Source: Candidatus Levyibacteriota bacterium
GTDB taxonomy: Bacteria; Patescibacteriota; Microgenomatia; Levybacterales; UBA12049
Direction of reading: 5' to 3'
DNA: 64,000 bases
Assembly (NCBI GenBank): GCA_016432345.1
Contig: CP066685.1
Coordinates: forward strand, 624,236 to 688,235
The translations under genes were made by a program, and so were the position numbers. The notes beneath the pieces are model-generated. The model was not told where the DNA came from and did not search any database. It saw only the letters and a program-made list of their open reading frames with translations. This document shows positions 34,499-44,278 of the stretch, in pieces (the first letter of the stretch is position 1; each line of letters starts with the position of its first letter).

Positions 34499-35132
34499 AA
34501 CAAAAATAATGGCCTCCATTTTAATATTCATTGCGATCCTTTTAGCAGGGGCAGTGTTTTTTTTAAGCGGAGACCAGAAAACAATGTCTCAAGGTGAAGG
34601 TAACCAGCTAACTTATAAAATAGATTACTCAAACGGACAAAAAATAGGTTCGGATTCTGCCAAAATCAAGCTGGTGGAGTTTTCTGATTTTCAATGCCCG
34701 GCCTGCAAAGGATTTGAACCCTTCTTAAAACAGGCTCTGACGGATTATAAAAATGACATTTTATTTGTTTACAAACACTTTCCGCTGCCGCAACATCTTA
34801 ATGCTAAAACCGCTGCCAATATGGCCGAATACGCTGCCACTGAAGGCAAGTTTTGGCAGATGCATGATAAACTGTTTGAAACGCAGGAGCAATGGTCTGC
34901 TTTAAAGGACCCCACTGAATTTTTTATCAAATTGGGGAAAGAGATTGGACTTGATGAAACAAAAAGCAGAGAAGCCATAGAAAAATCCTTATATAATAAC
35001 TTAATCAGCCGCCACAAAGATGAGGGGATAAATCTGGAAGTATCAGCCACACCCACTGTTTTTTTAAACGGAGTTAAACTAAAACTGCAAAAATTTTCGG
35101 ATTTAACACAGGAAATTCAAAAACAACTGTAA
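34488..35132 (+). CDS. DsbA-like thiol:disulfide oxidoreductase
   Basis: 214 aa with a membrane anchor and FSDFQCPACK (CxxC thioredoxin fold). Overlaps the VKOR gene. Confidence 0.85.
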   Translation: MKTETKIMASILIFIAILLAGAVFFLSGDQKTMSQGEGNQLTYKIDYSNGQKIGSDSAKIKLVEFSDFQCPACKGFEPFLKQALTDYKNDILFVYKHFPLPQHLNAKTAANMAEYAATEGKFWQMHDKLFETQEQWSALKDPTEFFIKLGKEIGLDETKSREAIEKSLYNNLISRHKDEGINLEVSATPTVFLNGVKLKLQKFSDLTQEIQKQL

Positions 35133-35133
35133 A

Positions 35134-35568
35134 ATGATTTTCAAAAGTCTGCTTTTAATATTTTTATCAGTTGGCCTAATCTGGGCTAGAAGCAGTTATG
35201 ATAAAATTACGAGAGGCAACTTTGCTGATAATTTAGGTGATGTTTTAGTCAAAGCCTCCCAAAACAATCCGTATCCCGCCTTTGGCAACTTTCTGCAAAC
35301 AGTAGCAATTCCCAACTCCTATCTATTTGGGCAAATGGTTATGTGGGGAGAATTATTGACGGCTGTATCCATTATTTCTTCCTGCCTCTATCTTTTGTGG
35401 AAAAATTCCAAACAAAAAATCGCGCTTTTGGCTTTAAAATTAGGACTGATGGGAGGAGCTTTTTTAAATATTAACTTCTGGCTTACTTTTGCTCATACTA
35501 ACTCCGCAGTTGACAGTTTAAATTTGCTAATGATTATCATCCAACTAGTGGGAATTATTACTCTATGA
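35134..35568 (+). CDS. hypothetical membrane protein
   Basis: 144 aa with ~4 TM helices. Stop and start overlap the neighbours. Confidence 0.45.
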   Translation: MIFKSLLLIFLSVGLIWARSSYDKITRGNFADNLGDVLVKASQNNPYPAFGNFLQTVAIPNSYLFGQMVMWGELLTAVSIISSCLYLLWKNSKQKIALLALKLGLMGGAFLNINFWLTFAHTNSAVDSLNLLMIIIQLVGIITL

Positions 35569-36608
35569 TTGATCTAAATAACAAAGAGGCAATTTCGGCG
35601 ATTGACAAATCAGATTCATATTTTTCTATTTCTAATTTAGCTAAACAGTGTAAGCAAGCTTGGACAGATACCCAAACATTAGAGTTGCCAAACGAGTATA
35701 AAACCGCGCAGAACATATGTCTTTGCGGCATGGGCGGCTCTGCTTATGCTGCTTATTTTATCAAGGCACTTTTTAGTAGTTCTTTAAACGTTCCTTTTGA
35801 ATTAGTTAATGGTTACGATATTCCGGCATATATAAATAATAAGTCTCTGGTATTACTTTCAAGTTATTCGGGTTCAACCGAAGAAACTTTGTCTTGCGCT
35901 AAACAAGCTCTATCAAAACAAACTAAAGTTACGGCAGTAACCAGTGGTCTAAGACTTGCTGATTTTGTAAAACAAAACAACTTGCCGGCATATATATTTA
36001 ATCCTCTGTATAACCCATCATCGCAACCACGACTTGGGCAGGGATATATGATATTTGGTCATCTGGGACTGTTGGCCAAACTTGGTTTTATTCCCTTATC
36101 AACAGAAAAAGTAAACGAGGCAATTGGATTTTTAGAATCAAAAAATAGTGAAATTGATGATTTAGGAAAAGAAATATCACAAAAATTGGTAGAAAAAATC
36201 CCGGTAATAGTGGCTGCCGAACATTTAAGCGCCAATGCCCATACCATTCGTAATCAATTCAACGAAACCAGTAAAAACTTTTCGACATATTCACTTGTAT
36301 CAGAATTAAATCATCATCTTATGGAAGGACTGGTGCATCCTACAAAAAGAATCTTATCTTTTTTAGTTTTTAGATCATTCCTTTATTCTTCAGTGATTCA
36401 AAAAAGAATCTCCTTAACAGAAGAAGTTTTACACAAAAATAATGTCGATGTTTTAAGCGCTACAATTCAAGGCAACAATAAACTGCAACAGGTATTATAT
36501 GCTCTTTCTTTAGGCGGGTATATTACATTTTATTTGGCTATTCTTTATAAACAAGACCCCAGTCTTGTCCCCTGGGTAGATTACTTCAAAGAAAAACTAG
36601 CAAGGTAA
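35565..36608 (+). CDS. bifunctional phosphoglucose/phosphomannose isomerase (SIS domain)
   Basis: 347 aa. CGMGGSAYAA and LSSYSGSTEET are SIS signatures. Confidence 0.8.
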   Translation: MIDLNNKEAISAIDKSDSYFSISNLAKQCKQAWTDTQTLELPNEYKTAQNICLCGMGGSAYAAYFIKALFSSSLNVPFELVNGYDIPAYINNKSLVLLSSYSGSTEETLSCAKQALSKQTKVTAVTSGLRLADFVKQNNLPAYIFNPLYNPSSQPRLGQGYMIFGHLGLLAKLGFIPLSTEKVNEAIGFLESKNSEIDDLGKEISQKLVEKIPVIVAAEHLSANAHTIRNQFNETSKNFSTYSLVSELNHHLMEGLVHPTKRILSFLVFRSFLYSSVIQKRISLTEEVLHKNNVDVLSATIQGNNKLQQVLYALSLGGYITFYLAILYKQDPSLVPWVDYFKEKLAR

Positions 36609-36653
36609 TTTTACCTATTGATCATACATGATTTTTTGTTATACACTAAATAT

Positions 36654-36893
36654 ATGAATACATCAGCGCTTAAAGAAATAGAAAAGATTCTTCAGAATAT
36701 TCTGAAAACTATGGCCACCAAAGATGATCTTAAAACCGAATTAGCAAAGTATGCCACCAAAGATGATCTTACTGCAATGAAAAAAGAACTCATTGATTAT
36801 ATTTCAGAAGGGGAAGTGGCAATTATAAATGGGGTCGAAAAACATGTTATTGGCAGGATTGAGGCAATAGAACACCAACTTCAGCAAACATAA
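36654..36893 (+). CDS. hypothetical coiled-coil protein
   Basis: 79 aa from the ATG at 36654. Repeated KDDL(K/T) segments. Confidence 0.35.
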   Translation: MNTSALKEIEKILQNILKTMATKDDLKTELAKYATKDDLTAMKKELIDYISEGEVAIINGVEKHVIGRIEAIEHQLQQT

Positions 36894-36904
36894 TTTTTGG
36901 CTAA

Positions 36905-38107
36905 TTAGAGATGTTTGTTGATATATTTGACGAAGCGATGCAAGCCCTCTCGGAGGGTGTCTTCTGCATAACAGTAGGTAATGCGGACATGATTTTCTCC
37001 TCTCTTTCCGAATGCGCTGCCCGGAACAAGCGCAACACCTGCTTTTTCCACCATTTCAAAGCAAAATTTAAAGTCATCGATTGGTTTTTTGAATTTTGGA
37101 AAAATATAGTATGCGCCTTCTGGAGCAGAAAATTCTAATTTATCAGTCTTACTTAATTCTTCTATACAAATTTGCCTTCTCTTTTCGTATTCCTTTTTGA
37201 AGCGCAATATCTCATTCTTTGGGCCGTTGATAGCCGCAATCGCTCCATATTGAGAAGCGGCAGTGGGGCACGTTACCAGCGAATCGTGAATTTTAAAGAT
37301 TTGGGAAGCAAGTGTTTTATTGGCAACCAAATATCCAATTCTCCATCCTGTCATCGAATAGGATTTTGATACGCCAAAAACAGAAATTGTCCGATCTGCA
37401 ACTTCCGGAAAACTGGCAGTGCTAAAATGTTCCCGTCCATCGTAGAGAAAATATTCATATATTTCATCACTTATAATATACAAATTATGTTTTAGGGCAA
37501 TACGGACAATCTCTTTAAGCTCGGCCTTGGTAAACACTTTTCCGGTTGGATTGCAGGGGTTGCAAAAAAGAATCGCTTTGGTGTGTCTATTTATTGCTTT
37601 TTCTATGCGTGCAGGATCGAGCACCCAGCCTTTTGATGTTTCTTGTAATGGAACAAAAGTTGGTGATTTTCCGCCCAGCGCAATTTTTACTTGGGTAATA
37701 TGCGAAGCGTAATCTGGGGTTAAAACAATCATTTCATCATCTGGATCCAATAACGTCATAAAAACTGCCATAAGCCCCTCTATGCCACCATGCGTAACAA
37801 TTATTTGCTCTTTCTCGACCACGATGCCATTATCTTTTTTGAGTTTATTAACAATTGCAGCGCGCAGTGGATCAATGCCAAACCCAATGGTATATTTATC
37901 GGTGAGGTTTTTATCCATTGCATCTTTGATAGCGTTTTTAATGTAATCTGGGGTAAAAAAAGAAGGTGTGCCTTGAGCAAGAGAAACAACGTCTTTTAAG
38001 GAGCTTGCCAAATTCTGCACTCGTTTGATAGCCGAAACCTCGATTGAAGAAACCACAGAGGAAACTCCTTTTAAACCATGCGTCTTTTTTTTGTCTGTTT
38101 GTTTCAT
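36905..38107 (-). CDS. class I/II pyridoxal-phosphate aminotransferase (aspartate aminotransferase-like)
   Basis: 400 aa. PLP-lysine motif GVSKSYSMTGWRIGY and NPCNPTG. Confidence 0.9.
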   Translation of the reverse strand: MKQTDKKKTHGLKGVSSVVSSIEVSAIKRVQNLASSLKDVVSLAQGTPSFFTPDYIKNAIKDAMDKNLTDKYTIGFGIDPLRAAIVNKLKKDNGIVVEKEQIIVTHGGIEGLMAVFMTLLDPDDEMIVLTPDYASHITQVKIALGGKSPTFVPLQETSKGWVLDPARIEKAINRHTKAILFCNPCNPTGKVFTKAELKEIVRIALKHNLYIISDEIYEYFLYDGREHFSTASFPEVADRTISVFGVSKSYSMTGWRIGYLVANKTLASQIFKIHDSLVTCPTAASQYGAIAAINGPKNEILRFKKEYEKRRQICIEELSKTDKLEFSAPEGAYYIFPKFKKPIDDFKFCFEMVEKAGVALVPGSAFGKRGENHVRITYCYAEDTLREGLHRFVKYINKHL

Positions 38108-38233
38108 GTTACTTGTACTTCTGCTGTTTGTTATTCGTAATTAGATACTATCAATAATTGTGAATTTTGACAAGCCCTTTTTTATAAGGTGAACGGCGCT
38201 ATTTTTTCGTAAATCGCCAGAGCTCTCATTAGA

Positions 38234-38458
38234 TTATGTTTCTTTCATTTTTTTTAGCTCCTTTCCGATTAGCAACCATAATTTTTTAAGTTCATCGCTA
38301 GTTGCTGTTGTTAAACTATATAAACCTGTTATGGAATCGTCAATCTTAATAAGATAACCATTCTTCTTTGATTTTGTCAATGTAACATACGACGATACCT
38401 TACTCATATTTTTGCTTCTTCTATTTAATTTTAGATCAATCACAACACCAATTCCCAT
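38234..38458 (-). CDS. hypothetical small protein (start uncertain)
   Basis: ORF only. An internal start was chosen to avoid overlap with the upstream racemase gene. Confidence 0.3.
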   Translation of the reverse strand: MGIGVVIDLKLNRRSKNMSKVSSYVTLTKSKKNGYLIKIDDSITGLYSLTTATSDELKKLWLLIGKELKKMKET

Positions 38459-38489
38459 GACAGCTTTGTTAGAAAATGGGTTTTTGAAG

Positions 38490-39329
38490 CTAAAAAGTTT
38501 TAGGATCAACATTTTTATTCATTGCAAGTTTTAGTACCGCTTGTGCTAAAGAATCAACAGGATCAATAAAAGGAACTGTCTTGTAACGACCTTTTAACGC
38601 AGGTGGAATTTCGGTGCAGCCTCCAATAATTACCTCTGCTCCTCTTGCTGAAACAAGATAATCCGCAGCTTCTGTTAGCAGATGTATTGATGTATTAGAA
38701 ACAGTTGTGCCAGTTGCCTTAACCCCAAAGCCAGTGTCGTATATTGCCGACATTACAGCATTTTGTTCTGGTGATCCTAAATCAAGATTTATTGGGAAAA
38801 TCCCAGCATCTGTTACTGCTTTTGTGTACAAACCTGTCATCATTGTACCATCGGTCCCCAAAATGCCAACACGTTCTGCATTCGGATGTTTTTCCTTTAT
38901 TTCCGCGACGGCAGATCCCATAAGCGGCACCCATGGGATTGGCAAATAAGGCTCTAAATCCTCCCGCCATGCATGAGCGGTATTGCAAATGACAACAAAA
39001 AAATCAAAACCCTCTTTATCTGCTTGTTGCGCAATTGCCAATATTCTTCCGCCTACTTCGTAATAGCTGTTTGGGTTGCCAGCTGCCTGTTTTTTTAGGG
39101 CGTCTGTTCTATCGGTAATTGATGTCGCGCTTACAAGCCCATAACCTGGATGATCCTGATCTTTTGTTGCAGATGGGTTTGCTGTAAGCAGCGCCTCGAG
39201 AAGCGGGATATGGGCTAATGGCCCAAGACCACCAACAACAAGAGGAACACGCACCTGCCTTGGTATACGAATGGTTTCTGCTAACCCTTTATTTGCAGAT
39301 TCTAAAAACTTTTCGTGAACACCTCCCAT
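38490..39329 (-). CDS. Asp/Glu racemase-family protein (aspartate racemase-like)
   Basis: 279 aa with two catalytic-Cys motifs, VVICNTAH and IGGCTEIP. Confidence 0.8.
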   Translation of the reverse strand: MGGVHEKFLESANKGLAETIRIPRQVRVPLVVGGLGPLAHIPLLEALLTANPSATKDQDHPGYGLVSATSITDRTDALKKQAAGNPNSYYEVGGRILAIAQQADKEGFDFFVVICNTAHAWREDLEPYLPIPWVPLMGSAVAEIKEKHPNAERVGILGTDGTMMTGLYTKAVTDAGIFPINLDLGSPEQNAVMSAIYDTGFGVKATGTTVSNTSIHLLTEAADYLVSARGAEVIIGGCTEIPPALKGRYKTVPFIDPVDSLAQAVLKLAMNKNVDPKTF

Positions 39330-39426
39330 AATGCAAAATACAACTTCTACACTAATATTCAGGTCTTAATATGTCGATGACAATTCTGTCAGGAAAGCTG
39401 ACAAAAGCTGTGATAGAATCATTTCA

Positions 39427-41457
39427 GTGATTAGAGAAACCAACCAGTTTCCAACACTGTTTAAGAAATACCGGCTGCGCGCGGAGTTTGCCACTTTTTC
39501 TGAATTGGGAATGGCGCTTGCAGAGAAAGGTTTAATCTACGAAAACAGCATCTTTTCCCACTGGCAAAAGGGGGATAGGTCTCCAAATAGACCCACGATT
39601 ATTAAGCTCATTGAAATTTTTGTAGAAAGGCAGAGTATAAATACACTTGGTGAAGCCAACGGTTTTTTAGAATCAGTTGGAGAGGGCTACCTTACCGAAA
39701 AAGAAAGAGAAAAAATACAATTTAGCGCATCGGGAAATGTTCCATTTCAAGTGCCAAGTCAAATAGATAACTTTACCGGCAGAGAAGTTCTCATTAAGAG
39801 AATAACAAAAGAAATTGACCTAGGAAACATTCTTTTAATTCACGGTGCTGCGGGAGTAGGAAAGAGCGCATTGGCAATAAAACTAGGACATTTACTTAAG
39901 GATAGATACAAAGACGGGGTTTTATGGTACAAAATTGAAAAAGACAATATCATGGATATTTTTCTCTCAATTGCCCGAATATTTGGAGAAGATATAAGTA
40001 GCATTAATGATAAACAAGTCAGAGCAACTGTTGTCAGATCAATACTTACAAGTAAAAATGTATTATTATTTTTAGATAGCGCAGAATTGTCTAATGACAT
40101 TCATTTATTAGTACCTAATTCTCAATTTTGTACAATGATTATTACTTCACAAAAAAATTCCCTTAAAACTCCAATACGCTATATTGATATTAGGCTTGAA
40201 GCTTTTACAGATAAGGAGATATTATTTCTCTTTAAAGAAGTCTTAAAAGATAAATATCCTCGAAATAACCAAGAAAGTATTTTAAAAATTGCAAAAACAT
40301 TTGGAAATCTTCCCTTGGCTTTGCATATTCTTGCAAGACAACTTCTACATTCGAAAGTACCCCTGGCTCAACTATCAAAAGCTCTCCATCAAGAAACTAA
40401 CAAAAATCTCTATTCTGCTATTGCCATGAGCTACAAAAAACTAGATAACAAGATGCAATCTATACTTCTCTCTATATCTATATTTAAAGGGAAAGATTTT
40501 TCAATAAAATCAATTGCGTATATTAATGGTCTTGCAATATCTGCGACAACAGAGATATTACAAAATCTTACCGATTTTTCTCTTATCGAACATTCAACGA
40601 AAGGTAAATACAGAATACATCCTGCAATACGGGATTTTGTTAGAGATAAATTAGATTATCCTCGATCATCGTATCTTGTATTGATTGCTACCATCATTTT
40701 TATTTTTTTTACTATTTGGTGGATTTATTTACAGCTATTTGTAGATAAACCCAACATCATGTATCAAATTTTTGCAACTACTTATTGTATGATGGCAATT
40801 TATGGTGGGATTTATGGCATACATACATCTTTTAAATGGGGAGGTTTAAAAACTCTGTTGGGCAAAGCTACTTTTATGTTTTCCATGGGATTGTTTATGC
40901 AGGTTTTTGGACAGGTGGCTTACGCATATTACGCTATTTTCAAACATATTGTGGTTCCTTATCCGTCTGTTGGAGATTTGGGATTTTTTGGAACAATTCC
41001 TTTTTATACGTATGGAGTATTCCTGCTTGCAAAATCTTCCGGGATAAAATTAGGTATCCAATCTTTTCGAAAAAAAATAATAGCTTTAATCATTCCTGGC
41101 CTGGTACTTATACTTTACTATTTAAGTTTTTTTCAAAATTATCAATATGATTTCAGTAACCCAATAAAAATGTTTTTTGATATTGCTCAACCATTAGGTA
41201 ATGCAGTTTATGTTTCAGCAGCAATAATCACATTTATTTTTTCAAGGACGGTGTTAGATGGAATTATGCAGTCCAAAGCGTTTTTACTATTGGTTGCCCT
41301 TATTATACAGTCTATTGCAGATTATATATTTTTATATAAATCAAGCACATATTATTCAGGAAACTATATGGATTTTATCTATTTAATATCTTATTTTGTT
41401 ATGACACTGGCACTTTTACATCTAAAATCACTCCAGGTAAAAATAAAGAATATATAG
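39427..41457 (+). CDS. HTH + NB-ARC STAND NTPase fused to a C-terminal multi-TM domain
   Basis: 676 aa. N-terminal XRE-like HTH, Walker A HGAAGVGKSALA, Walker B VLLFLDSAE and the NB-ARC GxP motif FGNLPLALHILA. A ~270-aa polytopic domain follows, paralogous to 44279-45094. Confidence 0.8.
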   Translation: MIRETNQFPTLFKKYRLRAEFATFSELGMALAEKGLIYENSIFSHWQKGDRSPNRPTIIKLIEIFVERQSINTLGEANGFLESVGEGYLTEKEREKIQFSASGNVPFQVPSQIDNFTGREVLIKRITKEIDLGNILLIHGAAGVGKSALAIKLGHLLKDRYKDGVLWYKIEKDNIMDIFLSIARIFGEDISSINDKQVRATVVRSILTSKNVLLFLDSAELSNDIHLLVPNSQFCTMIITSQKNSLKTPIRYIDIRLEAFTDKEILFLFKEVLKDKYPRNNQESILKIAKTFGNLPLALHILARQLLHSKVPLAQLSKALHQETNKNLYSAIAMSYKKLDNKMQSILLSISIFKGKDFSIKSIAYINGLAISATTEILQNLTDFSLIEHSTKGKYRIHPAIRDFVRDKLDYPRSSYLVLIATIIFIFFTIWWIYLQLFVDKPNIMYQIFATTYCMMAIYGGIYGIHTSFKWGGLKTLLGKATFMFSMGLFMQVFGQVAYAYYAIFKHIVVPYPSVGDLGFFGTIPFYTYGVFLLAKSSGIKLGIQSFRKKIIALIIPGLVLILYYLSFFQNYQYDFSNPIKMFFDIAQPLGNAVYVSAAIITFIFSRTVLDGIMQSKAFLLLVALIIQSIADYIFLYKSSTYYSGNYMDFIYLISYFVMTLALLHLKSLQVKIKNI

Positions 41458-41528
41458 TTTATTCATGTGATAAATTAGTCAGAAAACTTGACAGAAAAGC
41501 AGTTTTATGTGATGCTAAATATATACAA

Positions 41529-42017
41529 ATGGAAATTATCATAACAACTGGCACTGGATACGGTAGAACCCCACTTTCTGCATTTGATGCCGCGTTAAAA
41601 GACGCAGGAGTATACAATTTTAATTTGGTCACACTTTCTTCAATAATCCCCATCGGTTCAACAATAAAAGTTAAAAAATTTGAATCAAATCCACAAGAAT
41701 ATGGATACAGGCTTTATGTGGTAAAAGCCGAAATGCGAAGCCGTGAATCAGGAAAATTCATTGGCGCAGCAGTCGGTTGGGTACAACTCCCAGATGGCAG
41801 AGGAGTATTTGTAGAACACGAAGAAATCGGCGAAACAAAAAATGCTGTCGAGTCTAACTTGACAAAAGAGGTAAAAATGTCTTTAAGCGACCTTTGTAAA
41901 TTCCGCAATTTTCACACCACCGAACAAGATATGAAAATGAAAATAAATGTGATAAAAGTTACCGATTCACCGGCATCTTGCCTAGTTCTTGCCGTCTATA
42001 AATCAGAATCATGGTAA
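41529..42017 (+). CDS. pdaD: pyruvoyl-dependent arginine decarboxylase
   Basis: 162 aa. TGTGYGRTPLSAFDAALKDAGVYNFNLVTLSSIIP includes the self-cleaving Ser-Ser site. Confidence 0.85.
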   Translation: MEIIITTGTGYGRTPLSAFDAALKDAGVYNFNLVTLSSIIPIGSTIKVKKFESNPQEYGYRLYVVKAEMRSRESGKFIGAAVGWVQLPDGRGVFVEHEEIGETKNAVESNLTKEVKMSLSDLCKFRNFHTTEQDMKMKINVIKVTDSPASCLVLAVYKSESW

Positions 42018-42904
42018 ATGATTGGTTTTATATTGCGCTTATTGCACCTGCAATTTGGGCATTAGTGAATATCATCGATGATAATCTTATTCGAGGGGTT
42101 TATAGAAACCCATACTTTGGTACAATAATTTCTGGTTTTTTTGCTCTCTTGCCTGTTTTAAGCGTATTTTTTATCCCCATCTCTATTCCCTCTTTGCCTG
42201 TTATTATTTTTTCTTTTCTTGCCGGGTTCCTGGTTGTTTCTGCCTACTGGTTTTATTTTAAAGCGCTTATGAGCGATTCTCCTTCTATCATTGTTGCTTT
42301 GTGGACTCTAACCGCAGCAATGCTTCCATTTTTAGCTTTTGTATTTTTACAAGAAACTTTACAATTTAAGCAATACGTAGGTTTTGTGATCATTCTTGTA
42401 GCCTCAATGATACTTTCTGTAGTAAATATTAAAAAACTTACTTTTTCAAAAACATTCTTTTTTATGATTATAGCTTCTATATTTATTGCGATAACTTCTA
42501 TTCTAGAGAAATATATTTATACACATATTGATTTTTGGAGCGGGTTTATTTTTATATCGATTGGTATGGGGTTGGGGGCGCTCTTTTTCAGTATCTCTTT
42601 TAAAGCTGGTAGAATGTTTTTTAAGGAATTTCAAGGAAAATTTAGAAAATACATCTGGATATTTCTCTTTTCGGAGCTTTTGAATATTCTAGCAGTATTT
42701 TTTTCAAATTTGGCGATAAGTAAAGGACCAGTCTCTCTCGTCAAAGTTGTTGAAGGAATGCAGCCATTTTATGTATTATTATATGCGATAGTATTCTATC
42801 CATTCTTTCCAAACTATTTTCGAGAAGCAACTCAAGAGAATAAATTAAAAAAAGTACTGTGTATGATGATAATAATACTGGGACTTTATTTTATTTATAA
42901 CTAA
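42011..42904 (+). CDS. EamA/DMT-superfamily transporter
   Basis: 297 aa with ~10 TM helices in two halves. Overlaps the pdaD stop. Confidence 0.7.
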   Translation: MVNDWFYIALIAPAIWALVNIIDDNLIRGVYRNPYFGTIISGFFALLPVLSVFFIPISIPSLPVIIFSFLAGFLVVSAYWFYFKALMSDSPSIIVALWTLTAAMLPFLAFVFLQETLQFKQYVGFVIILVASMILSVVNIKKLTFSKTFFFMIIASIFIAITSILEKYIYTHIDFWSGFIFISIGMGLGALFFSISFKAGRMFFKEFQGKFRKYIWIFLFSELLNILAVFFSNLAISKGPVSLVKVVEGMQPFYVLLYAIVFYPFFPNYFREATQENKLKKVLCMMIIILGLYFIYN

Positions 42905-42931
42905 TTTAGTCCATATTGTGATAAACATCGT

Positions 42932-44233
42932 ATGAAAAAAAATCCTATTTCGATGGAAAAATATTTTACCCCAGGTTTAAAAACAAAACCCGGAGTTCAC
43001 ATCGGCTCCCAAACGCACCCTCTCTTTCATGGGATTGCCAAAGAACAAGCTTATGAAGGATATTATTTAGGTGCTGCAGGTGAAGGAGATGTTGCCATCG
43101 TTCGTAATTTCGAACAGACATATATTGATTACTGGAAGAATCTTATAGGTGATCACCATATTATAAACTTAACACATACAGATCCTGGAGCGTATCTAAC
43201 GCAGTCGATTTTGGATGATCCAAAAGTTATCGAAGATATAAAGCATCATATGGATCCTAAATCCCGATTACATGTTTTTTCTCCCACACGCCTGGAGCAA
43301 AAGTTGGCAGACAAACTTGGGATTCCTCTACATGGCAAGCCGGAAATCGGTGAGCGGTTTGGCACAAAAAGCGGAACGCGGCGACTTGCTAAAAAATACG
43401 GGATCCCTATGGCTCCAGGTTTTGTTTGCAAAAGTGTAAGAGACGTCGAAAAAGCTTTTAATGAACTCAAAAAATACTTTAGGGGAATCGTTATCAAATA
43501 TGATTATTCACTTGGAGGTTATTTCAGTAAACGAGTAGAAACATCCAATAAAATAAAAATAAAAGAATTATTAGATGAAATAATCGGCAGAAAGTTCCGC
43601 GAGGGCAAAGACACTGTTGTTGTTGAGGGTTGGCTAAAAAGCAAAGCTACACCCTGCGCCCATATTGAGATACTTGAAGGTCAGGATCCTGTTATATGCA
43701 CAGGCTGGCAGCAAATAGTTGACGTGGATGGTATTTCGCGTATAGGCGCCGGTCCCCTTACGCTTTCTGATAGAGCAATGAAGTCCTTTTTATCTGCTGT
43801 TAACAAGCTAGCATGGGCGTTGAAAGACAAAGGCGCTTGCGGTTCTTTCGGTCCTGATTTTCTTATCACAGCCGATGATGAAACGCAAATGCCGCCAGAT
43901 ACAGCTGTCTTACTTGAATTAAATGGACGAATCCCAATGACAGCAATTGCATTTGAAATTATCCAAAATGTTCGAGGTAAAATTGGATCAGGCTTTTGGG
44001 CGCAGCACCTCACGCTTAAATCTCCCCTAACATTTGAAGAGTTGGCTGAAAAATTATCCAAAGAAGGCATTTTAATACAAAAAAAAGATAAAAGAGCAAG
44101 AGGAATAGTTCCTTTCAATACTGGTCTTTTACCTTGGAAAATGCTCGATCTAGTCGTCATGGCAGATACGTGGGATGAAACCGTAGTAGTTATGCGGAAA
44201 GCACAACAAGTTTTACGTGCTTTAGATGCTTGA
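42932..44233 (+). CDS. ATP-grasp-like ligase (pre-ATP-grasp + ATP-grasp)
   Basis: 433 aa. GTKSGTRRLAKKYGIPMAPG, VIKYDYSLGG and VLLELNGRIP resemble the ATP-grasp lid and Mg-site strands. Confidence 0.5.
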   Translation: MKKNPISMEKYFTPGLKTKPGVHIGSQTHPLFHGIAKEQAYEGYYLGAAGEGDVAIVRNFEQTYIDYWKNLIGDHHIINLTHTDPGAYLTQSILDDPKVIEDIKHHMDPKSRLHVFSPTRLEQKLADKLGIPLHGKPEIGERFGTKSGTRRLAKKYGIPMAPGFVCKSVRDVEKAFNELKKYFRGIVIKYDYSLGGYFSKRVETSNKIKIKELLDEIIGRKFREGKDTVVVEGWLKSKATPCAHIEILEGQDPVICTGWQQIVDVDGISRIGAGPLTLSDRAMKSFLSAVNKLAWALKDKGACGSFGPDFLITADDETQMPPDTAVLLELNGRIPMTAIAFEIIQNVRGKIGSGFWAQHLTLKSPLTFEELAEKLSKEGILIQKKDKRARGIVPFNTGLLPWKMLDLVVMADTWDETVVVMRKAQQVLRALDA

Positions 44234-44278
44234 CTTTATTTTCATAATGCTCTACCGTAAGATATAGACCATAAAAAT

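Noticed and set aside
34073-35132. VKOR + DsbA-like gene pair.
   Set aside because: The pair is real, but it is a well-known alternative to DsbB-DsbA in many bacteria. It is reported as features only and is not novel.
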